Shown in pieces: positions 1 through 9,885 of a DNA stretch of 64,000 bases (within the stretch, counting starts at the first letter, position 1; each line of letters begins with the position of its first letter). Location of the stretch: contig MU004181.1 in the NCBI GenBank assembly GCA_010093605.1, forward strand, positions 1,426,001 through 1,490,000, in the 5' to 3' direction. Under the pieces are notes generated by a model. That model was given only the letters and a program-made list of their open reading frames with translations, searched no databases and was not told the origin of the DNA. A program made the position numbers and the translations under genes. Source of the stretch: Lophium mytilinum (taxonomy: Eukaryota).

Positions 1-1330
1 TATCGATTCGCCTATCATCGTGGCTCAAGATTGGGAAGGCAGCCGTCATCGAAAGCCGGCAAACAGTTCCGATAGTACTTCTGTCCATTCTTCGAGGCAG
101 ACATCCGTGAGACAATCCACAGAGGCGTCTTCGATTGCTACCACCATCACTTCGAATGACCAGCTTCAACTAAATCAATTGCGGGAAAGCTCGAGACTTT
201 CCTATATCTCAACTGGCACTTCGGGCACTGGAACGATGACGGTGACTACGTCTCGTGGATCCTCGCCCGCAACCTCTCCTCGTGTTGATTCTTTCCAAAA
301 AGTCGAATCGGAGGCCCCTCGAGCAGCCACCTCTTTGAGATCATTTCATATGAGTCCTAACTCTATGTCCAACAGGAGGCGATCCATGCAGACTTTGCCA
401 ACAACAAATGAAGATCATTCATCTTCGACTAACCCCCGTGTCAGACCCCAACGACACTCCACTTGGGGGCCTCGGCAAGACTACAATCAGCAAAACGTGC
501 ATGTACCAACCAATGAGGGCCATTTACTCTCAACAAACACTCCGGCGAGACCTCAGCGGCATTCAATTTGGGAAGCCCCGCCAGGTCACAACCAGAAAGA
601 CGTGCATATTCCTGCGTCTGCTTATTTCGACCGCTACCGAAGTAACACTAATATCCCTCCTATGAAATCTAACCCTGCCACAAGGAGTTCAAGTGCACCA
701 CCAGTCAGACAAGCCTCGCTACCGCCCCCGCCGGAGTCTCCGATCATTGGTAGCATTCGACCCCAATCTCAAATTGGAGGTCTCCCAACAATATTCACTA
801 CATCTGCTCAATCCTCCAACCGCCTATCTGCAACGCCGAAACCTTTCTTTCGGCCACTACCGATCCGAACGCAGGACGCTTCTGGGTCAGTCGTTATCCC
901 GCGACGACTCTCGTCCCTGGGACCTCCCCCTGCATCTATTGCTGCCGCAATATCTCGTTCCGTTTCCACGCCAAACATGCTCTTACCTTCCTCCTCTTCT
1001 ACCCCCCCAGCACAACTTTCTCAGCCCCCGCCCCAGTCGCTCCGCCGCCCGACAAGCATGCAGATCCGCGCCGATCGTGCCCCGTTTCTATCTTCTTCAA
1101 GACCTACTGCTGCCGCGTACAACCGTTCCGTGGCCACTACTACATCTTACCCTTCCGCCAATCGATCCTCCTCAAGTCTTGGCATTCACTCTGCTGCATC
1201 TCTCTCAGTATCTCGCTCTCGCGTCCAAAATCGGAAGTCGATGCCTGTGATAAGTCTTCCACCACCAGCTCCACCACCAAATATGCCTTTACCGCCACCT
1301 CCTCCAGTAGCACCGGCCGTCCGAGTATGA
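1..1330 (+). CDS. 3' part of a Ser/Pro-rich protein ending in a polyproline tail (5' end outside window)
   Basis: Frame is open from position 2 (IDSPIIVAQDW...) to TGA at 1328-1330. Low-complexity S/T/P/R sequence ending RKSMPVISLPPPAPPPNMPLPPPPP. Confidence 0.75.
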   Translation, partial: IDSPIIVAQDWEGSRHRKPANSSDSTSVHSSRQTSVRQSTEASSIATTITSNDQLQLNQLRESSRLSYISTGTSGTGTMTVTTSRGSSPATSPRVDSFQKVESEAPRAATSLRSFHMSPNSMSNRRRSMQTLPTTNEDHSSSTNPRVRPQRHSTWGPRQDYNQQNVHVPTNEGHLLSTNTPARPQRHSIWEAPPGHNQKDVHIPASAYFDRYRSNTNIPPMKSNPATRSSSAPPVRQASLPPPPESPIIGSIRPQSQIGGLPTIFTTSAQSSNRLSATPKPFFRPLPIRTQDASGSVVIPRRLSSLGPPPASIAAAISRSVSTPNMLLPSSSSTPPAQLSQPPPQSLRRPTSMQIRADRAPFLSSSRPTAAAYNRSVATTTSYPSANRSSSSLGIHSAASLSVSRSRVQNRKSMPVISLPPPAPPPNMPLPPPPPVAPAVRV

Positions 1331-2322
1331 TCTACCCAAGTGTAATCGACTATTTCTAGCTTTGTACAGCTGTAAAAGTTTTTCCTTCTCGCCATTTTCC
1401 ATTTACCATTTGTTCATCTCTAAGGCGTTAACGTGAAGGCGAAGCATGGAGAAAGGTACGGCTCATAAGACGCAACCTGCCGCGTCCTTTAATGTATTTA
1501 CGTTTCAGCTGAGGACTGGCTGACTTTCCTTTCTGATTTGGGGTTCTGTCATGTTTCTTGCATTATACCACTTTGATCAATTCAGATCATCTGGACCAGA
1601 AATTCTGCGTCGCCTAGGGGTCAACCCTCTTCGTACTCTTTCAGAGTGTTCTTCTTCAGCGTCATGCGCTAGTATCGATTACGTCTTCGCACTTACGATA
1701 TCGCTAATATCCAAAAAATTGCTTCGTTTTTTTTTTGGCTGTTTCTATACGGATGGCGTAGGCAGCTCTATGGCAAGGATGGCATGGCGATGTATGATAG
1801 ACGGAATCTCAAATACAAAGTGACTAATTGCCAATCCTGAATGAACTCTGCGGGTAAAATCTTAAGTAATATGTCGACAGCAATCGGCTCATCTGGACTG
1901 CGCATCAAAGCCTCCTTTTCTTGGAGCAGCATCACAGACCGGTGAACGAAAACCAAAAGCTAGCATGATTGACAAAAAGATTTGCCAGTCACTTCACCTA
2001 ATCTAGGCGCCCTCGCTGTCCTTTTCTCATGCTTCGTTCAGCTGCCTTCGCGCCCGATTCACCGTGCCTGGATACCATAATTTTGTATTAGGCCTGAAGT
2101 TTCATGACATTTGACTTCCTTCTGGAAACCAGATCCTGCAAACCCAGCTCCACGAATTATATATCGTGTAACTGGGAATCAAGAATGGCATGTCTGTGGT
2201 GGGTCCCAGGGATGCACCACGTGAGGGGTCGGCCTTCTTTCCGAACTTCCGTGGGCGTATTGTCATCGTCACCATCACTATGTCCCCCAGACAACACATA
2301 TCGAAGCTATTCTCTGCTCATC

Positions 2323-3282
2323 ATGAAGACTATCCTAATTACTGGTGCCGGCGGGTTCGTCGGCCAAACCCTGGCAGCCAAATTGCTCTCTGTCCACGAA
2401 GACGCCAGACTCGTCCTTGCCGATGTCACCAAACCTCCCAGCCCTCAACCATCCTCAAGCCGCATCCAATGTGTGGCTTCCGACCTGACTGATTCGGCAG
2501 CATGCAACTCTTTGCTTGAAGTCTCCCCAGACGCCGTCTTCATTCTGCATGGCATCATGTCCAGCGGCGCCGAGGCCAACTTGGAACTAGGCCTGAAGGT
2601 GAACTTCGATAGCGTGCGCAACCTGTTAGACAGGCTTCGGCAAACCAACCCAGGCGTCAAAGTCATCTTCACTTCTTCTTGCGCGGTATTTGGCAAGGCT
2701 GCTACCGAGAAGCTTGCGACCGAGGTCGACGTCGTCCCCATGCCAGAGACCTCGTATGGGACGCAAAAGCTGATGATCGAGTTTCTTATCAACGATTATT
2801 CCAGGAGAGGACTGATAGATGGCCGTGTCGTGCGTCTACCCACCATCTTCATACGCGCTGGCGCACCTACTGCGGCCGCCTCGTCGTTCGTTTCTGGCAT
2901 CGTAAGGGAGCCGCTACATGGCCAAAAGAGCGTCCTTCCTGTAGATCCTACGATTGGACTCTGGCTATGTTCTCCAAGAACGCTGGCCCAAAACCTGGTC
3001 CATGCAATGGACCTCGAAGCCGAAAGATTTGGCCACTTCAGGACCGTTCTCCTCCCTGGTTACACTGCGACCAGTGCGGAAATCCTTGATGCCTTAGAAA
3101 CAGTAGCCGGCAAAAAGACTAGAGCTTTGGTAGAAGAGAAAAGAGACGAGACCATTCAGAGGATATGCCTTGGATGGCCTGCAAAGTATGATACATCAAG
3201 AGCAAAGAGTTTGGGTTTTGCGGATGATATAGGGCTGGAGCAGACGATTAAGGATTTCATCGAATCTGACACTAAAGGATAG
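2323..3282 (+). CDS. NAD-dependent epimerase/dehydratase (extended SDR), D-erythronate dehydrogenase-like; intronless
   Basis: ATG 2323 gives MKTILITGAGGFVG (Rossmann motif), FTSS.AVFG, catalytic YGTQK (YxxxK), DYSRRGLIDGR and AAASSF.SGI.REPL. Confidence 0.9.
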   Translation: MKTILITGAGGFVGQTLAAKLLSVHEDARLVLADVTKPPSPQPSSSRIQCVASDLTDSAACNSLLEVSPDAVFILHGIMSSGAEANLELGLKVNFDSVRNLLDRLRQTNPGVKVIFTSSCAVFGKAATEKLATEVDVVPMPETSYGTQKLMIEFLINDYSRRGLIDGRVVRLPTIFIRAGAPTAAASSFVSGIVREPLHGQKSVLPVDPTIGLWLCSPRTLAQNLVHAMDLEAERFGHFRTVLLPGYTATSAEILDALETVAGKKTRALVEEKRDETIQRICLGWPAKYDTSRAKSLGFADDIGLEQTIKDFIESDTKG

Positions 3283-4036
3283 ACGTTTCTAAGCTATTCA
3301 AAAGGAGAATCCTTCGTGTTCTCGAAGAAATGTTCTAACTACCCTGTTCAGCTACCTATCAAAGTCTTTTTCTCGGTACTAATCCAAGCCACTCATACTA
3401 CCAGTGCCACCTGTCTGTACTATTACTCCCCAGATACCCCGCATTTACCCCAGATTTCCAATGCCTCACGTAGTCTCGACACGACACCACATCGAGGTAG
3501 GTAGGCGTAGCTTTTTTACAACCGTAGGGAAGCTATTGGCTCCCAAGGAGCCGGATAACATACCCCATCAACACTCACGGGTAATTCGACCGAATATCAA
3601 TCAGCATACGGTCTCAGAGATTCCCATGCATCTGTCAGCATCCTCAGGAATTCACCATCACTGCCAATGAATGTGCTAATCCATTCCAGATTTCCCCGCA
3701 TTTCGTACTTAAGGCTTAATGTTATCCGGTTCTCAGCCCTACTTCTTCGCGAGGGGCTTAGTAACTTCAGCACCATATGTGGTCCTAGAACAAGGTCTAA
3801 AAGCCTCTTTATCATAAGACTTGATTCTTGTGTTGGCATGTGGACACAACTTAGGACTATTTGACATTAATAAACGCAGCAGGTCTAGAATTTCCGGTTC
3901 GTATTATCCACATGTGCTGAATAGACATAAAGACGCACTTCATCTCTTGAAGTAGCAGTAACCAATGTCTCCACTTTTTCCATGGTTCTCTCCCCATCTC
4001 AAATCCTAGCCCATATCTCCAAACTCCAATCCCAGT

Positions 4037-6154
4037 ATGGCGGACACCAAAGAAATTGTCCCTGCTGGTACGGTCTCTCACCACGAGATTGCACCGGAAG
4101 CCGAAAAGCCGCAGCTGTCCCACGAAGAAGAACTCAGAGGTCGCGACTTCACCATCTCCGAGATTAACTTACCCAAAGGTTACTTCAGAAGTGCTAGCTT
4201 CCTAGGGTCCATGTTCGCTATCGGTCTGAGTTTTGGCTGTGGCGTTGGCGGATTTGCCCTTGCAGCCCCTATCTTAGGCTTCATCGACGCAGATATCGGC
4301 CCAGATCCGAATCTGACTTGGGTCGCTATCAGCTATCTCCTAACAAATTCCGTCGGGTTAACGCTTGTGGGACGTCTGAGCGACTTGTTTGGTTCGTATG
4401 ACCCCTGCTATTAAAGCTGTGGGTTCTGACTCTCTCAGGGCGTCGTTGGTTCTTCATCGGTGGCAATATCCTCGCTACTCTAGGTTGTATTGTATCCGCG
4501 ACGGCTCCGAACATACCAGCGCTCATTGCTGGAGAAACGCTGATAGGTCTCGGTGCTGCTTCGCAACTTTCGTACGCCTGTAAGTGTCATCGATTAAAAC
4601 ATCAAAAGCGTTTCGCTGATGAACTCCAAGCTGTAATTGGCGAGATCGTCCCTACAGAGTATCGGTTTTTAGCTCAAGGCTACGCGTATGTCTTGGAACT
4701 TCTTGAGTGGGATCGCACTAACTTCAATGCTAACATGCCCTAGGTTCCTCTGGGGTATCCCATTCAGTGGCTTTGCCCCAGTCATCGGCTATTCCTTTGT
4801 ATTCCAGTCTAGCGTTGGGTGGAGAGGTGTATTCTATGTCCTCATAGCGCTGAACGTAGTCAGTACGCTTTGCTGGGTTCTTTTCTATAGGCCACCGTAA
4901 GTGCACCACAGGTCTTGCTAGACAAAGCGGTACTAATACTCGACTAGTACATTCAACATGAAGCACGGAAAGGGCCGCAAGACACAATTCGTGAAGGACT
5001 TTGATTATATCGGGACTTTTGTCGGTGTCCTGGGCCTTATACTCCTCTTGATGGGCCTCTCATGGGGTGGATCGCTGCACCCATGGAAATCTGCACACGT
5101 CATCTCCACCATCGTCGTCGGCTTTGTCCTCATGGTAGCTTTCGTGCTCTATGAGACGTTTGGAAACCTCAAAGAGCCTCTGATTCCTATGAGACTGTTC
5201 CGGAACACCGGGTGGGTAATTACGATCCTTCTCTGGGCTCTCGGGGCATCAGTTTACTACGCCATGGCCATCTTGTGGCCCAGCATGGTCGCAACGCTGT
5301 ACTCTAGTGGCCATTCATCCATGTGGGCAGGCTGGACGAGCTGTCTTTCCAATTGCGGCATTCTTTTCGGGGAATACTGCGGTGCTTGGGGCAAGAAGAA
5401 GACGAACTATCAAATCATGGTGGTATTCTTCATAGGAAGCGCCCTCCTAGCCTGTAAGTTATCAATATCTCCAACTTCACCCATAGTCTGAGTGCTAACC
5501 ACCATCACCTATAGCCATGGCAACCTGCAACCCCGACACACCCGTCCGCGCCATGGTCCTCGTCTTCATCGCCGCAGCCTTCATCGGCTACAACGAGATC
5601 CTCAACTCCACCGTCGCCACCATAGTCATAGACGACCAGCGAGAAATTGGGACCGCAACGGGCGTCGCTGGCTCGGCGCGCTCGTTCATCTCTACCATCT
5701 GCTCCACGTATGTTATGGCACCTCTCCTCTGATACATACCAAGACATCCGCTGACAGCTACAGCGTTTACACCGTCGTCCTCACCAACCGCCTCGCCGAA
5801 ACCAGGCCCGCCAAAGTCCCCTCCGCGCTCCTCGCCGCCGGCCTCCCAAGCACCTCCATCGTCGCCTTCTTCGCAGCCATCACAGCCGGCACGCCCGCGG
5901 CGTGGGCAGCGGTGCCGGGACTCACACCCGCGATCCAAGCGGCTGGCGTGCGCGCTTATCAGGATGCGAGCTCGTCGGCGTACAGCACGGTGTTTCTGAC
6001 TACGATTGCGTTTTCGGGGATTGGGGTTATCTGCTCGTTCTTTGCGCCGAATGTGGACCATTTGCTGACGAAGGATGTGGCGGTTACGCTACATGAGAGG
6101 GGGACGGAGATGATTGTTAAGGATAGGGCAACGGGCGGGGAGGAGAAGGTGTAG
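4037..6154 (+). CDS. Multi-exon MFS transporter, fungal trichothecene efflux pump (TRI12)/siderophore transporter-like
   Basis: Motif A GRLSDLF-GRRW is joined across GT-AG intron 4392-4438. Many TM segments (VGWRGVFY, GLSWGG..HPWKSAHV); further short introns with CTRAY-type branch sites. Confidence 0.9.
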
Positions 6155-6789
6155 GGGTTTGTTGTTGGACTGGCGAGGTCACGCGAGGGGTTGGGTGGCT
6201 GACGGTTTGTGATGATTAATTGTGTTAATCATAGGTGTTGATTGTAGTTTATGGTGTATGCCCTTCGTTCTATAAGATTGATTTGATGACTTCGAGAGAT
6301 CAGCGACGTTCGTGCTGGAGGAACCGGCGGGTGTCTGGTATGATATCAGGATGCTCAGAGTCTAAGCTTCCATGATCTTTTATATGAGCAGTATACATGC
6401 TAACAGCCATGGGAATGTAGCCACTCAGCAACATCGTAAAAAATAAGACTCTGTAGTGTAGTAGCGCAGTGCCAGCTAGGTGGTTTCATTTTTGTCATTC
6501 CCGTTTGCTATCGAGATTAGAGCTCGAATCTAGCTAGAAACTAGGAGTCTCCTTCTTTTGCGTGTTTCTTCTTGTCGTTGAGTCAGAGAAGGTTGTCTAA
6601 GACGCGACCTTTTGCTAGCAGGAGAGAATCCACCAAGCGTCTTTTCCTATCATCAAGACTCCAAATGTCAACCGGATCTAAATGATCAAAAGGCAGCCAT
6701 TCGACTGTCCATCAAGTACTAGACGAGAGGCGAGTATCTTCTCCATCCCCAACTTATTCCCAAATTCGCACCCAAAAAGCCCAAAAATC

Positions 6790-6940
6790 CCAAAAAGAGG
6801 TGACCGCACCGCGAATCGAACTCAGGGCTGAATCCCAGCACATCCCAAATGAAACAAAAATCCCCAAAAAACCCCAAAAAGAGCAGACCGCACCGCGACT
6901 CGAACTCAGGGCTGAATCACAGCACATCCCAAATGAAAAA
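6790..6940. repeat. Two-copy 84-bp tandem repeat, each copy with a tRNA 3'-half/B-box-like motif on the minus strand
   Basis: GACCGCACCGCGA(A/C)TCGAACTCAGGGCTGAATC(C/A)CAGCACATCCCAAATGAAA occurs at 6802 and 6886. Confidence 0.85.
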
Positions 6941-7561
6941 AAATCGGACAAAATAAGGAGGACCACGCACGCTAGGCACGTCAAGTGTTACCACCCCGCC
7001 TCTGTGACATGGGACTTCTTATTATGGTAGTAGGGAGAGTTATTTGGGTTATGTAGCCTAGATATAGGTAAGTGAGGGAATGTCACGTGTGCTCGAGTTC
7101 AGCGACCTTACGTAGTTTCCAATACCACTTTGAGCACCGAGCGTAGCTAGAGTACACTTACGGATGTAAAAAGACGTGGCAAACTGTTATAGATCCCAAA
7201 AGCTTAACAACGCCGTCGTCCCAGACAACGAGATCCCAACCACACAAACCTCGACAAAACTCCCGTCTTTGAGCGCTGTCTTTCGGAAAAGGCTCCGCAT
7301 AGTGCCTCGACTGCGCAGCCGCCTGAGGCATCACGAAACGCTACTATCGCGAGACCGCGCAGGGACAGCGGAGCTCTTTACATTCCCGGCAACGCAATGT
7401 CAACGTCGGTGTCGCGTCCTAGGAGCTCTAACACGACGCCTGATGCTGGGGCAACGCGGACGCCTACGGTGCCAAAGTATGGCTGCCATATGACTTGGAG
7501 AAGTGTGTATTGTGTGTGTTGTATTGATGATTGGTGATGATAGGGAGAGGCTACGTACAAG

Positions 7562-7634
7562 GAAGAAGAAGGAGAAGAAGGAGAAGAAGGAGAAGAAGGA
7601 GAAGAAGGAGAAGAAGGAGAAGAAGGAGAAGGAG
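7562..7634. repeat. (GAAGAAGGA)n 9-bp microsatellite, about 8 copies
   Basis: Read directly from the sequence. Confidence 0.95.
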
Positions 7635-8699
7635 TTGTAAAAGCTATACGGGCCTGTCTGATAGTTCGGGTATGCCTGACAATGGCTAGATTGAAGCCCC
7701 GAGCCTCGCGAGGAAATGGACTACTTACTGGTCCCATTTGGCCCGTGTTCGCGTGTTGGGAAACGTTCAGCATACACAGAGCTTCGCAATGGTATTGCGG
7801 CGGTTGTACGGTATTCTGATATGTCCTTCAATCCATCCACAGAGTGACCGTAAGACGTATGTACCCTCGATGAGAGGCTTAATCATTCTACCGAGAGAGT
7901 ATGTGTGTGTTGGGGCTTACGAGTCCGGTGGGTGCGTCTGCGGATGTGGATGTCGATGAGTCTCGAAGGTGCGGATGGGTGGAAGTTGCGGCTTGCTTCA
8001 GGCGCGCCTTGATATGGTACGCGGCGTGAGATGGGAAATGTGACTGTGTACATGCTGGCAATGGAAGCATTGTCAGTCTTCCTCTGTGACTTCAGTGTAG
8101 AACCCAGATCTAATCGCCGAGCTTTTTGCTCTAACGTTCAAGGTCTAACCTGTATGTAGTGATATACACATAGCTTATCAGTGAAACGCTGTGAAGACGG
8201 AAAGAGTCGAAGGACTGCTCTAATGAGTCAATAAGCCAGTATGTATAAGAGCCTTACTCTTTGCTGATGAATGAGCAAGATCTCGAAGCTTGGCTTGAAA
8301 GCAAAAGATGTGAGAGTAGGAAATAAGAATCATGGAGATAGTGAAGACATCTAAGTGGGATCCAACTAAAGATCATTACGACGAGAGCGTTTATTCAAAG
8401 GTGCATCCATCAAGAGTAACAGATCGTATGCTTCAGTGAGCAGATGGAAAGTCTATTCGTCAATAATAGCACTGTTGGGCCTGCAACCAAGAAGATGGAT
8501 ATTTTCCCAGGCTACGTGATATCGCTTAGGAACGTTCAGCATCACTCAACTCTTCAATATCTCTTTTAGAGCAATTGAAAAGGCCTTGTGATCACGCAAC
8601 AAATATCTCTCTCACCTCACGCCAACGCTTCCCGTCAACATCCACATCCCTACAGCCCTAGAAAAATTAATTCCATCATTAAATTTCCCACTAATGAAG

Positions 8700-9885
8700 C
8701 AATAACCCACAACCCACCAATCTCAGGCGCCGAAATGCCTCCATCCCACGGACAACGTTCCGAACCGTCAACATACGCATAGTTTCAGCCCGCCACACGC
8801 CGTTGAACCCAGTACGCTTCCCACGAGTCAACGCCGCCTCCCGCCGAAGCTGGCGGCGCACATAGGGGTCTCAACTCGTAGGGAGACCCTTTCGGCTCCT
8901 GACTCTCCGGAGGCAGCAAACCACACGGCACGTTCGGTCCGCGAAACGACGGCCGCATCGGGCAGAAGTTCGGTGTGGTGAACCTCTACACTACTGCAAC
9001 GCACTTGTTGAGTCGCCGTCCAAATTTGCTACAACCACCTACATCATCATTCGCCCAACAGAGATTATCTAAAACCCAAGCGCTCTATAGTCATCTTTTC
9101 CTCACTGCCGGGCTCAATAAGACTAGCACACTAGGTACCGAATCTACACACCCCCCACGCCGCGATATCTAGATGCCTTACGGTGCCAGTTGGTGTCCCT
9201 GGAACAGTCTCCGCATAGTCGAACGCAGCACCCATCATATTGCCGCACTCCCATCTCGATCTCACAGCACTCATTATCTAGATTGACACCATTATAGGCG
9301 ATCTGTTCGATCGCTTGATAAGCAGGCGTACCCCCGTAGTCCCGATAATTAAACTCAAATACTTAAAGAGGCTGCGGGAGGCGCTTTAGCCACGCGCTTA
9401 GCCAGGATGGGATGGTTATATTCGGTACTGGAAATGTATCTTTCCAAGAGGGTCTAGTTTCAGTTTTCGTTAACGGGATCCGGCGAAGGGCAAAAAGTAC
9501 CGGTGCCCGGCGCCAGGCGGTCGGGGCGGCCGGTGGTTGAATGGCAGTGTAACGACTTCGATATGGACGGACATGGGATTGTATCAATTGCGCGAGAAGG
9601 TGTTGCGACTTCGAAGTGATGCCGCTGGTCTGAGACGGCCTAGAGGACTCATCGGGTACGTACCGTGTGCCTGTTTGCTGCGAGGACGAGTAAGCCGCGG
9701 ACAAAGGGACACACTACGCTCACTAACTCGGAAGACTCCGCGTGAGTGCATAATCACGTTGCAGATTGACGACCAGCGATCGGAAAACATGGGTGGGAGA
9801 CGTGGTCAGATGCAGTTTCGGATGCTGATGCTGTGTTTTTTTGGTCTGGGCCTCTGGCCAATGTGGTTTGGTGGAATTCTTGTTG
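8700..9885 (+). ncRNA. Large structured ncRNA, candidate telomerase RNA (ends approximate)
   Basis: Consistently nested helices: 8721-8728/9628-9635, 8734-8740/9598-9604, 8743-8748/9574-9579, 8765-8775/9562-9570, 8795-8809/9535-9550, 8950-8956/9526-9532, 8958-8964/9504-9510, 8969-8975/9136-9142, 9004-9014/9111-9121, 9637-9646/9851-9859. Pseudoknot-like TTATATT-CGGTACT...AAAAAGTACCG at 9416-9502. Many pairs are G.U only on the + strand. No credible CDS. Confidence 0.65.

Noticed and set aside
6800..7030. 76-aa ORF with a 28-aa repeat; also considered as a CRISPR-like array
   Set aside because: By-product of a two-copy 84-bp duplication with a GTG start. Eukaryotic context and no unique spacers.
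8962..8976. GAAGTTCGGTG resembling RNase P CR-I
   Set aside because: No matching CR-V/P4 partner in the proper context. The motif is better explained as the 5' strand of the helix with 9136-9142.
9029..9043. CTACAACCACCTACA as an alternative telomerase template
   Set aside because: It lies inside the arm closed by 9004-9014/9111-9121, not 3' of the boundary helix. Kept only as a fallback if chromosome ends match it.
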